This document shows, one piece after another, positions 45,201 through 53,560 of a DNA stretch of 64,000 nucleotides. The stretch is from a virus. Lineage: Duplodnaviria; Caudoviricetes. The stretch is taken from IMG/VR virus record IMGVR_UViG_3300025909_000005, one strand, 5' to 3'. The stretch's first letter is position 1; each line of letters starts with the position of its first letter. The position numbers and the translations under genes were made by a program. The notes under the pieces were generated by a model that saw nothing but the letters and a program-made list of their open reading frames with translations, had not been told where the DNA came from and made no database searches.

Positions 45201-47773
45201 TAGATGCCATCCGAACGTAGGATCTGGAGTGAGGTGAGGTTGCCCAGAATCGACTGGCGGAACTCATCGCTGTCCACAACCAGCGGCGACTCATGACCGT
45301 CATGGTGGACAAGCACAAGCTGGTTCAAGACGCCATCGAGACGGATCGTCGGCTGCACGAGGTCGAGAATGCCAAGCTGTGGCAGCGTGGCTGGGAAGCC
45401 CACGACCGAGGCAGTCGAGTCGTAGAGAACCGTTCGAACGTCATTGTCAGCAGCACGCACCGACTCCACGTACGCGAGCAGGGCGTCAAGGTCGTTGATG
45501 TCCGTCACTGGACCGTTGTTGGCCATGTACTGGACGATGTGCTGCTGGTAGATGTCACGGACCGTGTTCAGCGCGACCTCGTACTGACGTTCGGCAAGGT
45601 CGATCATCGAGATCGGGGTCATGTCACGCTGCATCAGCAGGGAGGCGAGCAGGGTCTGCTGCTCAGACCAGAGCTTGATCGAACCACCGAACGCGAGGTT
45701 CAGCTGGCTGTTTGGAAGCTGGTTCTGGAGGATGCCGCGGAAGTGGGAGTACAGCGTGCCTTCCAGGAGAGGAGACTGGGACTCGTTGTATGGGTTGTTG
45801 TAGAACGTGCGCGGAACCTGCCATGCACCGACGCTGTTCGTGTCAGCTTCTGGACCACCGTAGAAGTCCACGATGTTGTTGTCAGCATCGCGGAAGACGT
45901 AGCGTGGCGATTCAAGGTTGCCGACGGCGATCAGGAACGTGTCGCCTGGCGTGAATGGAATCGAGCCTGCGTTGATCGTGAACGAGATGTAGCCGTTGTT
46001 GAATGGTACGCCAACTGTAGCGATGTCGGGAACGTCAGGCATCTTAGAGCCCTGCATGCTGAACGTCGTTGACGTCTGTGCAGTGAGGGTCCAGATCTGC
46101 TGCTGTGAGAAGTTGATCGCGGCAGCGTTCGTGATCGTGCCGTTGCCAGCTCCACCGTAGTAGATCCCAGCAATCGTCGGAGAATTGTAGCCAGCGTGCC
46201 AGATCGTCTTGAGCTGGTTGCCTGCCTTGACAAACAGGAGCTGGCCATTGGCATCAGCCATGCCGTGATTGAACACGAAGTCAGCAGAGTCGTTGTTCGA
46301 CTGGAGTGGACGCTTCTGCAGGTCGATGTCAAGGGTTGCAGTTGGGTCTTCCTCGTAGAAGAAGACCGAGCTCACGAGACCAGAGTGGGTGCCATCGTAG
46401 CGGAAGAGGTCAAACATCGGAAGCTGGTTGAATTCCGTCTTGACTTGCTTGAACGCAGCACCACTGTCCGAAGGACGGCCGTTTTTGACGAAGCCATTCA
46501 ACTGCAGGTCAGAGGTGTACTCGATGATTGGACGGACGGCCTGGATGGTCGTCGAGCGGCTCAGGCCAAGACCAGCGAGGTCGTCGCCATGGACCCAGTA
46601 GTTGCCTTCCTGCCAGGAGTTCGTGTTAGAAAGGGATGGCACGCCTGTCCAGCCCGTACCACCGAAGGCAGAGGTGAAGAGCATGCCACCGTTTTGGGTA
46701 CCAGAGGTCACGTAGACTCGAGCGCCATCGGCGATGTAGGAACCAGTGTAGTCAGCGGCTCGGGCCCAGACGCCAGGTGCCACGACGTAGATGCCCGTGT
46801 CGGCTGGATTGCCGTCCTTCACGAGAACACGGTCACCAAGCTGGAGCTGCACACCGTCGATCGTCTGGTACTCGTTTAGCGACGAGACCTTGTAGAGCTT
46901 GCCCTTGACACCCTCAGTGCCGACGAACGACACGATGTAGTTGTGGGACAGGAAGGTCGGTGTAACCGTGAAGTAGTCGCCAGCGTCGAACGAGGCGGTG
47001 CCGATGACGTCACCGTTGTAGTTGATGATCGGTTCACGGGCAATGTTGAACGTGAGCAGGGTCTTGCCGCTAGACGCGAATGAGAACTGGTCGTCGTTTG
47101 TCGTGAGGTCACCGCTCCAGGTATCTGGAATGACGCCAGCTGGCTGGGGCGTAACCGTGAAGTGGGTAGGTGTGGTGAACAGCACCTTGAACGACATGGC
47201 TGGGAAGCCCGTGCCGGTCATGACAATCGAGCCCGTCGTGGCCACACGGGCGTTCAGCTTGTTCTGGTCGCCTGGACGTGGTGTCGCAATCGTGTAATAC
47301 TCTGGCAGGAGCTCAGGGTTCCAAGGCATGTCAGGGGTTGCAGCAACCGCCTTGGCCGTCCAGTAGTAGTTGAAGAAGTTCGTGAACTTGTCGAAGTCGA
47401 TCGGTGGGGCGAAGTTGTTGCCCTGCGAGTAAAGCCACTGCTGACCTGCGTCAGTGATGCCGATAGCCTCAGCCTTGCGCACGAGATCCTCAACGGTGAA
47501 GGCGAACTTCTCGGTACCGAGGGTGAACGAGATGACAGGGACGATCGAGTTGATGTCGCGCTCAACGTTCATCTGCGGGACGCGTGGCGAACGATCATCC
47601 TTGCTGGTTGGCTTGACACCAACGTAGCCGTAGAGCGGCACGCTCTCGTCATGAGTCATCTGCCGATTGAACAGGTTGTCGATCAGCGAGGTGATGACCT
47701 CGTCCCTCAGGTTCAGAGGAACGTAGTTGATGAGGTCATTGAAGGGAAGTTTGAAGTCTGGTGCTTGAGCCAT
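39230..47773 (-). CDS. Giant baseplate wedge-like structural protein
   Basis: 2847-aa ORF downstream of the gp6-like gene; contains GD[RL]VL fibre-type domains and PxxGDxW repeats. Confidence 0.75.
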   Translation of the reverse strand: MAQAPDFKLPFNDLINYVPLNLRDEVITSLIDNLFNRQMTHDESVPLYGYVGVKPTSKDDRSPRVPQMNVERDINSIVPVISFTLGTEKFAFTVEDLVRKAEAIGITDAGQQWLYSQGNNFAPPIDFDKFTNFFNYYWTAKAVAATPDMPWNPELLPEYYTIATPRPGDQNKLNARVATTGSIVMTGTGFPAMSFKVLFTTPTHFTVTPQPAGVIPDTWSGDLTTNDDQFSFASSGKTLLTFNIAREPIINYNGDVIGTASFDAGDYFTVTPTFLSHNYIVSFVGTEGVKGKLYKVSSLNEYQTIDGVQLQLGDRVLVKDGNPADTGIYVVAPGVWARAADYTGSYIADGARVYVTSGTQNGGMLFTSAFGGTGWTGVPSLSNTNSWQEGNYWVHGDDLAGLGLSRSTTIQAVRPIIEYTSDLQLNGFVKNGRPSDSGAAFKQVKTEFNQLPMFDLFRYDGTHSGLVSSVFFYEEDPTATLDIDLQKRPLQSNNDSADFVFNHGMADANGQLLFVKAGNQLKTIWHAGYNSPTIAGIYYGGAGNGTITNAAAINFSQQQIWTLTAQTSTTFSMQGSKMPDVPDIATVGVPFNNGYISFTINAGSIPFTPGDTFLIAVGNLESPRYVFRDADNNIVDFYGGPEADTNSVGAWQVPRTFYNNPYNESQSPLLEGTLYSHFRGILQNQLPNSQLNLAFGGSIKLWSEQQTLLASLLMQRDMTPISMIDLAERQYEVALNTVRDIYQQHIVQYMANNGPVTDINDLDALLAYVESVRAADNDVRTVLYDSTASVVGFPATLPQLGILDLVQPTIRLDGVLNQLVLVHHDGHESPLVVDSDEFRQSILGNLTSLQILRSDGIYTGAVGSFTNTPPALPYKGQLWIPPGDIMYAYNVVSDKNAPTSPAVGDYWLQRSTATLFTWTGTTWSTVSNINAPWVATNLADVLNSLMLRVEEKLFDGINPNARKFDFSQLEGNAAFQAEVEAELFSFGATNGLDPLAPDYNAGNAFTWNYSQLTSPVPINTSSTPARWFNYLMAHQATVAGVIPTPRPDMEPWKLFGFADHDSWWSSLSSGTQAAYTPYIRLDQIDATYITGPTVRVVKTDAGITMLSGLPVIDGVQLVSGDLVLLQNEMSPENNGIWAANSGGWTRNLTPLVEKLVVTVSSGALWKGSKWVLTATAGPTDPVIFKQARIWSSQLWADVQAAHPSLKLSVDVANDGLLPPYVRPSSGNAGNALTNFIPIGASLGYSYGQSSPIETTWKTSLEYGYSLARALFRFDPLAFLGFCWGFNWVEADGILYDGFDMNMPGHKRFRLHGDAISLISRSTMPVTGTDSIVATYTAYDDDHKQNFTVTQNGVTIGYAQNGVAATLGGVTFTIEDEGQPFRMGDRFEISNGVATFVPITTYRYLGFGQTFTHALREVSIDTTSSFAVAAFREWDVNMGYRAGGLVATDDLEIFTDSYTLSKSAYELIFKKNPIARNEWLQGLRISVTQFGQTSAGPDGTFVPPTDGSDWIFRVEGYNPRHLGITYYSMSTATDPVDFYALGKAHTSLAWLHPTVKTGTVHTNLPLTITGIQNVVNFLFGYEAYLEDQGWEFNKMGDYNIDDETGRTRTFQLEIEKFVDRCYAGITLGQGHVVNSFMDRVWFGQETGLMSEFVDSPLFDVSGHPGIFDVLGVKYKKDDLKVLRGNQESSVGAAGPIFSAHVQVDEFEHVFIFADYAQPSTSSGLLYDAFSGSRVVTYKFHGRKQATNTLRPEFGGHFLVGNEVKQNMQASADNFGNFYDANKAFENETTSRHALALLGFNTKSYFDNLDISEKTQFNFWRGLIQSKGTNMSIDAYLNNDRFDDAKIDEYWAYKVAQYGDARQKSFPELKLSVNDTVTQFTQLQFDNDTLAPAFTTIRNYDENRWFSYDDLNQPSTGFAAEVVGTFAAVGPGTITLPFIADQLTYPAGVTVNNATTVTIDSSATFPALIVGYGPARPRFNPVKLFNYVDEELVAEIPIWHPATGQHTPAALECINITSNLNPAKYNFSTQVVNNNSYDPLRPWGANEVGRVWFDTRNLAYVPYYDYVIYPEIADRLSRWGALADYASIDVYEWVESTVPPSEYNALAATQAGDASLDPNTKAAGTVANQQTYQRERVWSLRPVAWSYSPVPLNIDFEETPPFNGGHTLEAAGRLWFDDSGTTVSLGASDFATIGITSGMRIGAWNVFNAIPKPMSEYIVGDVFSKVLVDQNGGTFADVTNVGIASNISVAVSNTNLLTGQLAFYPTYDQAPILDADGVTTSYYTTVGIKAQLEDGSTDFATTTTSTDLTTTPAQVTYTAGEKILVELPAFGILITVTIAADGTYNVTDLRDAIVNGLAANLYARNSVTIQAVVPNPAGVTSPLSNDSADPGTFYGWRAWTVPTQAELDADGTYPTSSWKPYVGDYVEIPGSLVQVQDAIAYSKAPLTLNDGTIVDRYSTTWTDWSVLLDKKRTYPKLDDDISYTVVADGAGCTFTNDVNFDSTSTSVYINGVAQLKASYTISGKLLTVNSVPAGSQVVVITRKYQPTVAELAFDPDVKDNLAVQTQYKQDYEYVSLPVRDADGTFSSTLYYFWVSNKSTAARGKALSVQSIVQELRDGPDNFLTFQNMDPVTHVYDAITIAGLSYVVTKDDTFKLRFTRNFTLRDDPEEWNLKNVHTEWTLIRPGQKTLIPEALWQKLTDSVAGRDIAGNSVPAIARSLYDERNGTRTQFGFGPEQTLAPQDLLISSITYTILNTSLVDTSGASPVPDYISFLDFDQSDTWFADPVAARNMMTKIWTQAKVAQVNEIFFAALNDIVASNYELTDLFKTSRLSAYSIKVVQSGTAAATYE
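39517..39522 (-). promoter_or_regulatory. Intragenic late-promoter core (CTAAATAC)
   Basis: CTA AAT codons about 290 nt upstream of the MKVNELLE gene. Confidence 0.4.
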
Positions 47774-47798
47774 GTCAATCGCTGATCAGAGGATCAGG

Positions 47799-47805
47799 TA
47801 TTTAT
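47799..47805 (-). promoter_or_regulatory. Late promoter ATAAATA
   Basis: Intergenic, upstream of 47773. Confidence 0.75.
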
Positions 47806-47835
47806 GACCTAGCAGGTTTCCCCTCGGGGTGACTT

Positions 47836-49059
47836 TCAGGACTTGACTGGCTCGAAGTTCGCAAGGAACTTCGCATCGCCGACCTCAAACTTGGCGCCCT
47901 TAGTTGTCGCCTTCTTATCGAAGTAGGTGAACGGCTCATCGAATGTAAAGCCAATCCAATAAGAGCTTAGCGAGGATGTTGGGTCGACGTACTTGATCGT
48001 CACGACCTTGCCAATGGCGTTCTCTTTTTCCGTCTTGAAGCCAAGCATGTCATCCACAGGATGGTGTAGGAACACGTCACCTGTGATCTTCCACTTCTGA
48101 CCTACCTTTGGCGCCTCGTCCTTTAGCTTCGAGAGAACGCCCTCAGTAACTGGCTTTGCCTGGCCTCTCATCCACTTTGCGCCATCTTCTTCAAGGTACT
48201 CACCAAGTTTCTCAAGGTTTTCCAGAGAGCCAGTGAACGTTACAAGAGGGTAGCCGTGTTTGTCCCTGCTCGTGTGGTCTACATGAGCTTCGAGATTGTA
48301 CTCACGGGCCAGGCGATTGACGGTCTTTTCGATTCTATCGTGGTCATATCGACCGTAATCTTCTGGTCGTTGATTCGTCTGGAAGTTGAATGGGCTGAAG
48401 TTTCTAGTTTCGAACTTCCACTTGACAACCTTGTCGTAATCCTTCTTAAGGTCCTTTAGACCTTCCTTCACCTTGTTGGCCCGCTTGGCGTGCTTCCTGA
48501 AGTAGCGCTTTGCTGCCTGGGAATCCTCATCATAGTAGACGTACTCAAGTACGTCGATCAGAGCATTGTAGGTTCCCATCAACGTGAAGACGTTGCCGTT
48601 TCGATGAATGGACCGAGCACCCCAGATCTTGAACTCCTCTTCGATGTCATTGAGGTCGTAGGACGTGAAGTCAATGTCCATGAGCCACAGGTCATCATCT
48701 GAGTCGAAGTCCTTGGCCAAGTCCTTGAGCGCTTCCTGCACCTTCTTTTTCTTGACGCGCTTTGCGCCAGACTTGAAGTTGTACTCAGCTTGCCAAGCGC
48801 GTTCACCATCATCCACTACGTGGAGGAGTACGTCCATCAACCGTTCCTTGGTTCCCTCAAGCTCGTACCTGTAGCCATTGTGAGACAGCACAACGACGCC
48901 GCGCTTCTCAATCGCCTTCACGAACTTATCTTCGTTGGCCTTGTGCTTCTCGTCGTCAGCCGTGCGATCGTCATTGATGACAGCGATTCGCCACTTGTCG
49001 GCGTCATCGTAGTCCTTGGCCATGTCCTTCAGACCTTCAAGAAGTTCGGCAACTTTCAT
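47836..49059 (-). CDS. Putative four-module head-packaged polyprotein
   Basis: LLE|GLKDMAKDYD, VQE|ALKDLAKDFD, VKE|GLKDLKKDYD and VTE|GVLSKLKD junctions. Confidence 0.75.
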   Translation of the reverse strand: MKVAELLEGLKDMAKDYDDADKWRIAVINDDRTADDEKHKANEDKFVKAIEKRGVVVLSHNGYRYELEGTKERLMDVLLHVVDDGERAWQAEYNFKSGAKRVKKKKVQEALKDLAKDFDSDDDLWLMDIDFTSYDLNDIEEEFKIWGARSIHRNGNVFTLMGTYNALIDVLEYVYYDEDSQAAKRYFRKHAKRANKVKEGLKDLKKDYDKVVKWKFETRNFSPFNFQTNQRPEDYGRYDHDRIEKTVNRLAREYNLEAHVDHTSRDKHGYPLVTFTGSLENLEKLGEYLEEDGAKWMRGQAKPVTEGVLSKLKDEAPKVGQKWKITGDVFLHHPVDDMLGFKTEKENAIGKVVTIKYVDPTSSLSSYWIGFTFDEPFTYFDKKATTKGAKFEVGDAKFLANFEPVKS

Positions 49060-49394
49060 TTGATCAGCTGCTTGTCTGAGGTTACAGGCTTGGCGAATTC
49101 GTCAAAGAACTCCTTGTCTTCACCCCAGTGACGTTCGACCATGTCTAGCAGACGATAGTCCTTACCAACGAAGTGAACAAGCGGATTGCCGCCGCCCGGC
49201 CCAACGAGCTCAATCACCTTGGCCTTCACGCCACAGTCATTTGCAATGATGTCAGCGTCATGCTGCGCTACGCTCATGCTCGAGTTGTCGCTGTTCGCCA
49301 GGTCAAGGTCGATGTACCAAAGATCTCCGTACTTCCTGGCTTCGCTCTCAAGATCCTTGAGCTTACCTTCGAGGAACTGCTTGAACGTGATCAT
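49056..49394 (-). CDS. Putative head-packaged protein (MITFKQFLE|GKLKDL), paralogue of the polyprotein modules
   Basis: Leader close to the T4 IP MKTFKEF/MKTYQEFIAE; GNPLVHFVG matches GYPLVTFTG of module 3. Confidence 0.7.
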   Translation of the reverse strand: MITFKQFLEGKLKDLESEARKYGDLWYIDLDLANSDNSSMSVAQHDADIIANDCGVKAKVIELVGPGGGNPLVHFVGKDYRLLDMVERHWGEDKEFFDEFAKPVTSDKQLIK

Positions 49395-52300
49395 TTGGAT
49401 TGCCTGATGACGGTTGAAGTGAGTGCCTCGACGACGTCGATGTCAGAGATCTCTGCAGCAGATTGGAGGATCTCGTCAAAGCCGGCCTCTACGGTGAAGA
49501 GAGAACCGAACGAGTTCGTGGAGTAGACAGGGACTGGCACGACTGCAGCGACGTCTTCAGGCAGGCGCTGGTGAATCAGGGCGATGAGCTTCGTGGCGTA
49601 GAACGTGTCGCCGAAGTCCCAGTTGTCGATGTCGAAGAACGTGTTGATGACGTCGAGAACCTCTTCCTTGATGCGCTCGTCGGTCAGAGTGCCAGTCAGG
49701 GACTTCACAACCTTGAACTTGGCGCGCAGCTGTGGCTCGGCCAGACCACCAAAGAGTAGGCGGATCTTGCCAGAGTGCATGACGACCGTGTCAGAGAGCA
49801 TCTTCTTGCGAAGCAGATCGCCATAGGAGTTGCGCAGCTCGAGCGGAGTTGGAGGTGTCGGTGCGTAGACAGATGTGCCACGGACGTAGTCGATCACGTT
49901 GTTGTAGTAGCCTGAGGTCAGAACGTACGCGTCGTGAATGTTGGTTGGCGTTGGGTCGATGATGTTCGTGAACGGCGTGAAGTGCTGCCACATGAAGTCG
50001 AGACCCGTGTTGCCGCTGTCTAGAGCTGGCATGCGCTGTCGACGACCATAGACGAGTGAGTCATCAACGAAGGCGCCTGCACCCCATGTCATGCCAGCGG
50101 CGGTTGAAGCTGCAATGCCCGTCAGAGTGACAGTCGGGTTCGAGATGAGGAAGTACTCGTAGGACGGTTCAGTGCCACCCGAGAACGTCTCGTACTGCAG
50201 GAGGCGGTCAGGAACGAGGTCACCTGAGTCGTCTTCCTTGAGCAGGTCAGATGGAACGATCTGGAGCTGGTGAACGTCAAGCACACCGTCAGAGTCCTTG
50301 ACAGGACCGACGACGTCGTAGATCTGGTTCTTCTTCAGCTGAATGCCAGCTGAGTTGAAGTTCGAGCCAAGGATCTTGATGTTGTCGTAGACGACGTCCT
50401 TCGTCTCATTGTCTAGAAGCTGATCAACCGTGTTGAACCAGAAGTTCGTGTCCTCAGAACGGATCGTGAGTGCAACCTCGCGGTTGTGAACCTCGTAGCC
50501 GATGATCGTGGAGTTCTGGCGGAGCTTTCGGATGAAGATCACCCAGCTGTAGCGACGAACGGAAGGTGTGAACTTCTGGTCGTGGTACAGGGAGGAGTCA
50601 GGACCGTTGGCGAACTCAGACGTCAGGTCAGCTGCTGAGATGATTTCCCACCAGCCGTTGAGGTTGACGATGTTGTTTGGGTTGCCGTCCGAGAACAGGC
50701 GCTGCGTGACCGAACCATCTGAGTTCGTGTCAAGAATGAACGCGTCACCAGGCTGGAGTGGGTTGGTCGTTGAGGACGTGACGGTGAAGAACTCCTTAGA
50801 GCTCGTCTCACCTGGCAGCAGGATGCTGTACACGTCACCAATGGCACCAGTCGGAAATGAACCACGAAGGTTCGAGCGGACGTAGAGGGAGCCTCCATCT
50901 GCAGCGACCTCGATGGTCCAGACTTCTGCGACCGAGGTCGAGGTTGCTGGGATCGAGCTCGTGAAGCCTGAGACAGGAGTGATCGTGCCGGTACCAATGC
51001 CAGCGAAGTAGCGGTTGTAGCGGAGCGCGAAGTAGTCTTGGTCAGCGATTGGCTGGAGACCCGAGCCGATGTCGCCTGGTGGGAAGCGGTTCACGCCGTC
51101 GATCGTACGTGGCACCGTGGCCGCGTAGATCTTGGAGTCGTCCTTCGGGTTCAGGTCAGGATCCGGAATCTGAGCAAGAACTGTGCCGTCAGCGGCTTGG
51201 ACGTACTGCAGTGGCTCACCGTACCAGTGGCGGTCGATCAGGCCCTGAATGGACGTCTTCTCCTTGAGAGAGCCGTCGCCGATCAAGGTGCCAGTCGCGT
51301 CAGAGTAGATGCCGCCGCGGTTGTCCTCAATGAACTTGCGACGAGGAGCCGACACAACGCCCTGCATTCCAGGCGTGGTGGCCGAGGAGTGGAGCAGCGT
51401 ATTGATGACGCCAGAGGTGCTGAGCAGTGGCTCAATGACTGAGTCGATGAGGGCCTGGCCAGAGACAGAGGTCGTCTGGCTAGACAGAGAAAGCTGGTAC
51501 CGCATCGTGGCATCGTCACCGAAGAGCTTGACGTTCTCGTAGGTTCCAGAGGCGTCGTTCCAGTCGATGTACTTCGGCTGACCTGCAAAGGTGCGGTTGA
51601 TCGTGTTCAGGCGGAGGATCGATGGGTCCTCAAGCAGCAGCGTGTTGTAGTCCTGTCCGTTGACCATGCGGTCTTGGACGTAGAAGCTGCCAGGCATCGA
51701 CTGACGAATATGCTCGATCGTTTCAGTTGCCGAGCCATTCTGCAGGGTCGTCGTCAGGCTGAACGTCATCGAGCAGGACTCGGTGTTGTTCAGCGTGGAG
51801 GTGTACGAGAAGTTGAACGGTACGTTCTGAACCTTGTTCTTCTGGACAACGATCGAGCGGTTCGCCGACTGACGCATCCAGAACCGGAACAGGCCCTGAG
51901 GAATGTCCGAGAAGTCACCGTCACCGAAGATCAAAGTGATCTTGTCATTCTCACCCGTGTCAACTTCAAACTTCTTACGCGTGTTGCGGATCGAGTTGAA
52001 GACGAGGTTCTCAGAGAGCGTGTCAACCTGTGTCCAGCGTTCCGAGATGTTGGAGTTCGAGTCAAGCTTCTGAACCCAGATGTCCGTGTGGTTGACGTTC
52101 GTTGGGTCGAAGTCGAGGCGACGGTCAGGCAGAGCGTCAGCGATGTTGTAGTCGATGCGTGTCAGGGCACCCTGCTTCACGAAGCCAAGGAAGCCGGTGT
52201 AGTCAGAGCCATCACCGATACCGTCGTTCGCGTAGATGATCGAGAGCGGGGAGGTCAGGTCTGGTTCACGCTCGAACGGACCGTTCGAGTCGATATCAGC

Positions 52301-52936
52301 GGGCACGACCTCCATTGGGTAGGAGTCTTGACCGGCCTGAGCCGTGAATGGGAAGACGCCGTTCGTGAAGGAGCCAGAAGTGTTGCGCAGACCGTAGAGG
52401 TCCATGACAACGTCACCAATCTGGAAGGTCTTGGAGGGTTGACCGAAGCGGGTGTTCAGGACGCGGTTCATCACGAGGATGAACTGCTCCTTCCAGTTCG
52501 AGTTGTTCGGGTCGTTCCACTTGATTGTCAGACCAGCCAGGTCGGTGCCACGTGAGTCGACGACGCGTTCGGTGGTCGAGACGGTGTTGAACTTGATCAG
52601 GCCACGAACAGGAATGTTGCGGGTTGGCTTGTACGAGACGAGCTTGGCAAGGCGGAGGATCGACTGCTTACGCTGAGCAGTGGTCACGAAGTTCTCGTGA
52701 GCCATCATGTCGACGCGATAGGCCAGCTGCTCAGCGACGTAGGCGAACGACTCGATCAGGGCAATGAACTCGGACGACTCGATGTAGTCGTTGAAGACCT
52801 CTGGGTAGTAGGTCTTGGTGTAGTCGATCAGCGACTGCTTGATGCTGTCAAAGTCATATGAGACGAAGCTGACCTCGCTGAAGGCCTGGTAGATTCGATC
52901 CCAGGTCTCGGCCGAGTAAGTGGTACGGAGTGCCAT
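49391..52936 (-). CDS. gp6: Baseplate wedge protein (T4 gp6-like)
   Basis: YDFDSIKQSL...AYRVD..AHENF..TAQRKQSILRLAKLVSYKP N-terminal signature; VNGQDY. Confidence 0.88.
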   Translation of the reverse strand: MALRTTYSAETWDRIYQAFSEVSFVSYDFDSIKQSLIDYTKTYYPEVFNDYIESSEFIALIESFAYVAEQLAYRVDMMAHENFVTTAQRKQSILRLAKLVSYKPTRNIPVRGLIKFNTVSTTERVVDSRGTDLAGLTIKWNDPNNSNWKEQFILVMNRVLNTRFGQPSKTFQIGDVVMDLYGLRNTSGSFTNGVFPFTAQAGQDSYPMEVVPADIDSNGPFEREPDLTSPLSIIYANDGIGDGSDYTGFLGFVKQGALTRIDYNIADALPDRRLDFDPTNVNHTDIWVQKLDSNSNISERWTQVDTLSENLVFNSIRNTRKKFEVDTGENDKITLIFGDGDFSDIPQGLFRFWMRQSANRSIVVQKNKVQNVPFNFSYTSTLNNTESCSMTFSLTTTLQNGSATETIEHIRQSMPGSFYVQDRMVNGQDYNTLLLEDPSILRLNTINRTFAGQPKYIDWNDASGTYENVKLFGDDATMRYQLSLSSQTTSVSGQALIDSVIEPLLSTSGVINTLLHSSATTPGMQGVVSAPRRKFIEDNRGGIYSDATGTLIGDGSLKEKTSIQGLIDRHWYGEPLQYVQAADGTVLAQIPDPDLNPKDDSKIYAATVPRTIDGVNRFPPGDIGSGLQPIADQDYFALRYNRYFAGIGTGTITPVSGFTSSIPATSTSVAEVWTIEVAADGGSLYVRSNLRGSFPTGAIGDVYSILLPGETSSKEFFTVTSSTTNPLQPGDAFILDTNSDGSVTQRLFSDGNPNNIVNLNGWWEIISAADLTSEFANGPDSSLYHDQKFTPSVRRYSWVIFIRKLRQNSTIIGYEVHNREVALTIRSEDTNFWFNTVDQLLDNETKDVVYDNIKILGSNFNSAGIQLKKNQIYDVVGPVKDSDGVLDVHQLQIVPSDLLKEDDSGDLVPDRLLQYETFSGGTEPSYEYFLISNPTVTLTGIAASTAAGMTWGAGAFVDDSLVYGRRQRMPALDSGNTGLDFMWQHFTPFTNIIDPTPTNIHDAYVLTSGYYNNVIDYVRGTSVYAPTPPTPLELRNSYGDLLRKKMLSDTVVMHSGKIRLLFGGLAEPQLRAKFKVVKSLTGTLTDERIKEEVLDVINTFFDIDNWDFGDTFYATKLIALIHQRLPEDVAAVVPVPVYSTNSFGSLFTVEAGFDEILQSAAEISDIDVVEALTSTVIRQSK

Positions 52937-52961
52937 TGCTGTCCTGTTCTAGGTGTACGTC

Positions 52962-52967
52962 TATTTA
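52962..52967 (-). promoter_or_regulatory. Late-promoter core TAAATA (stop codon + ATA)
   Basis: 25 nt upstream of the gp6-like start. Confidence 0.55.
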
Positions 52968-53207
52968 CAGCGACACGAATTCGCCATCGGTTAGGTATCC
53001 GTGCCAGCCACAGCAGCGCTGAAGCAGCGAAGGCGTCAGAGTTGGCTTCTCTTCGTTACCGTTCCAGGTCCAGCCGTCATTGAACTCCTTGTCGATTGGA
53101 ACGTAGGAGTCGTCCCCACAGCCAGGACAGTCAAAGGCCACGCCACCAGGCCGGCCATCAGGATACTTCCGAATGGCCCATCCGTTTGGTCGCGGTTCCT
53201 TCCTCAT
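52965..53207 (-). CDS. Small Cys/His protein (DUF6527-like)
   Basis: CPGC...WNGNEEKPTLTPSLL..CCGWHGYLTDG pattern. Confidence 0.6.
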   Translation of the reverse strand: MRKEPRPNGWAIRKYPDGRPGGVAFDCPGCGDDSYVPIDKEFNDGWTWNGNEEKPTLTPSLLQRCCGWHGYLTDGEFVSL

Positions 53208-53560
53208 GCAGTGGCGAACTCGAGGCGCAGGGTGTCCACGATTCCCAGTTCGATGTAGCGAAGGTCAAGAACAGCCACGATGGCGTTGTTCTCAGGAAGG
53301 GCCATGACAGCGATGTCAATAAGCTGAACGCGAGGGTCGTAGTCGACGACCTCCCGCAGGTCTGACTCAACGTCCTTTAGTGTGAGCTGGTCCAGAGGTT
53401 CAAAGGCGATCAGTGGGATGCGCGTGCCAAAGCCAGGCATCATGACGCGCTCGCCCTTGAGAGTGTAGATGTGGTTTAGGAGGTCTCGGTTGATGAGCTC
53501 TGCGCCCTTCATGCCGAAGCCTTTCTTCGCCTTGGTGGAGAAGCCGAGGTACTTACTCAT
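53204..53560 (-). CDS. gp25: Baseplate wedge subunit (gp25-like)
   Basis: DLLNHIYTLKGERVMMPGFGTRI...FEP...YDPRV; start re-assigned to ATG 53560. Confidence 0.9.
   Translation of the reverse strand: MSKYLGFSTKAKKGFGMKGAELINRDLLNHIYTLKGERVMMPGFGTRIPLIAFEPLDQLTLKDVESDLREVVDYDPRVQLIDIAVMALPENNAIVAVLDLRYIELGIVDTLRLEFATA

Noticed and set aside
47816-47832. Possible terminator after the four-module polyprotein gene
   Set aside because: The stem (CCCC-GA-GGGG) has too small a loop and there is no U-tract.
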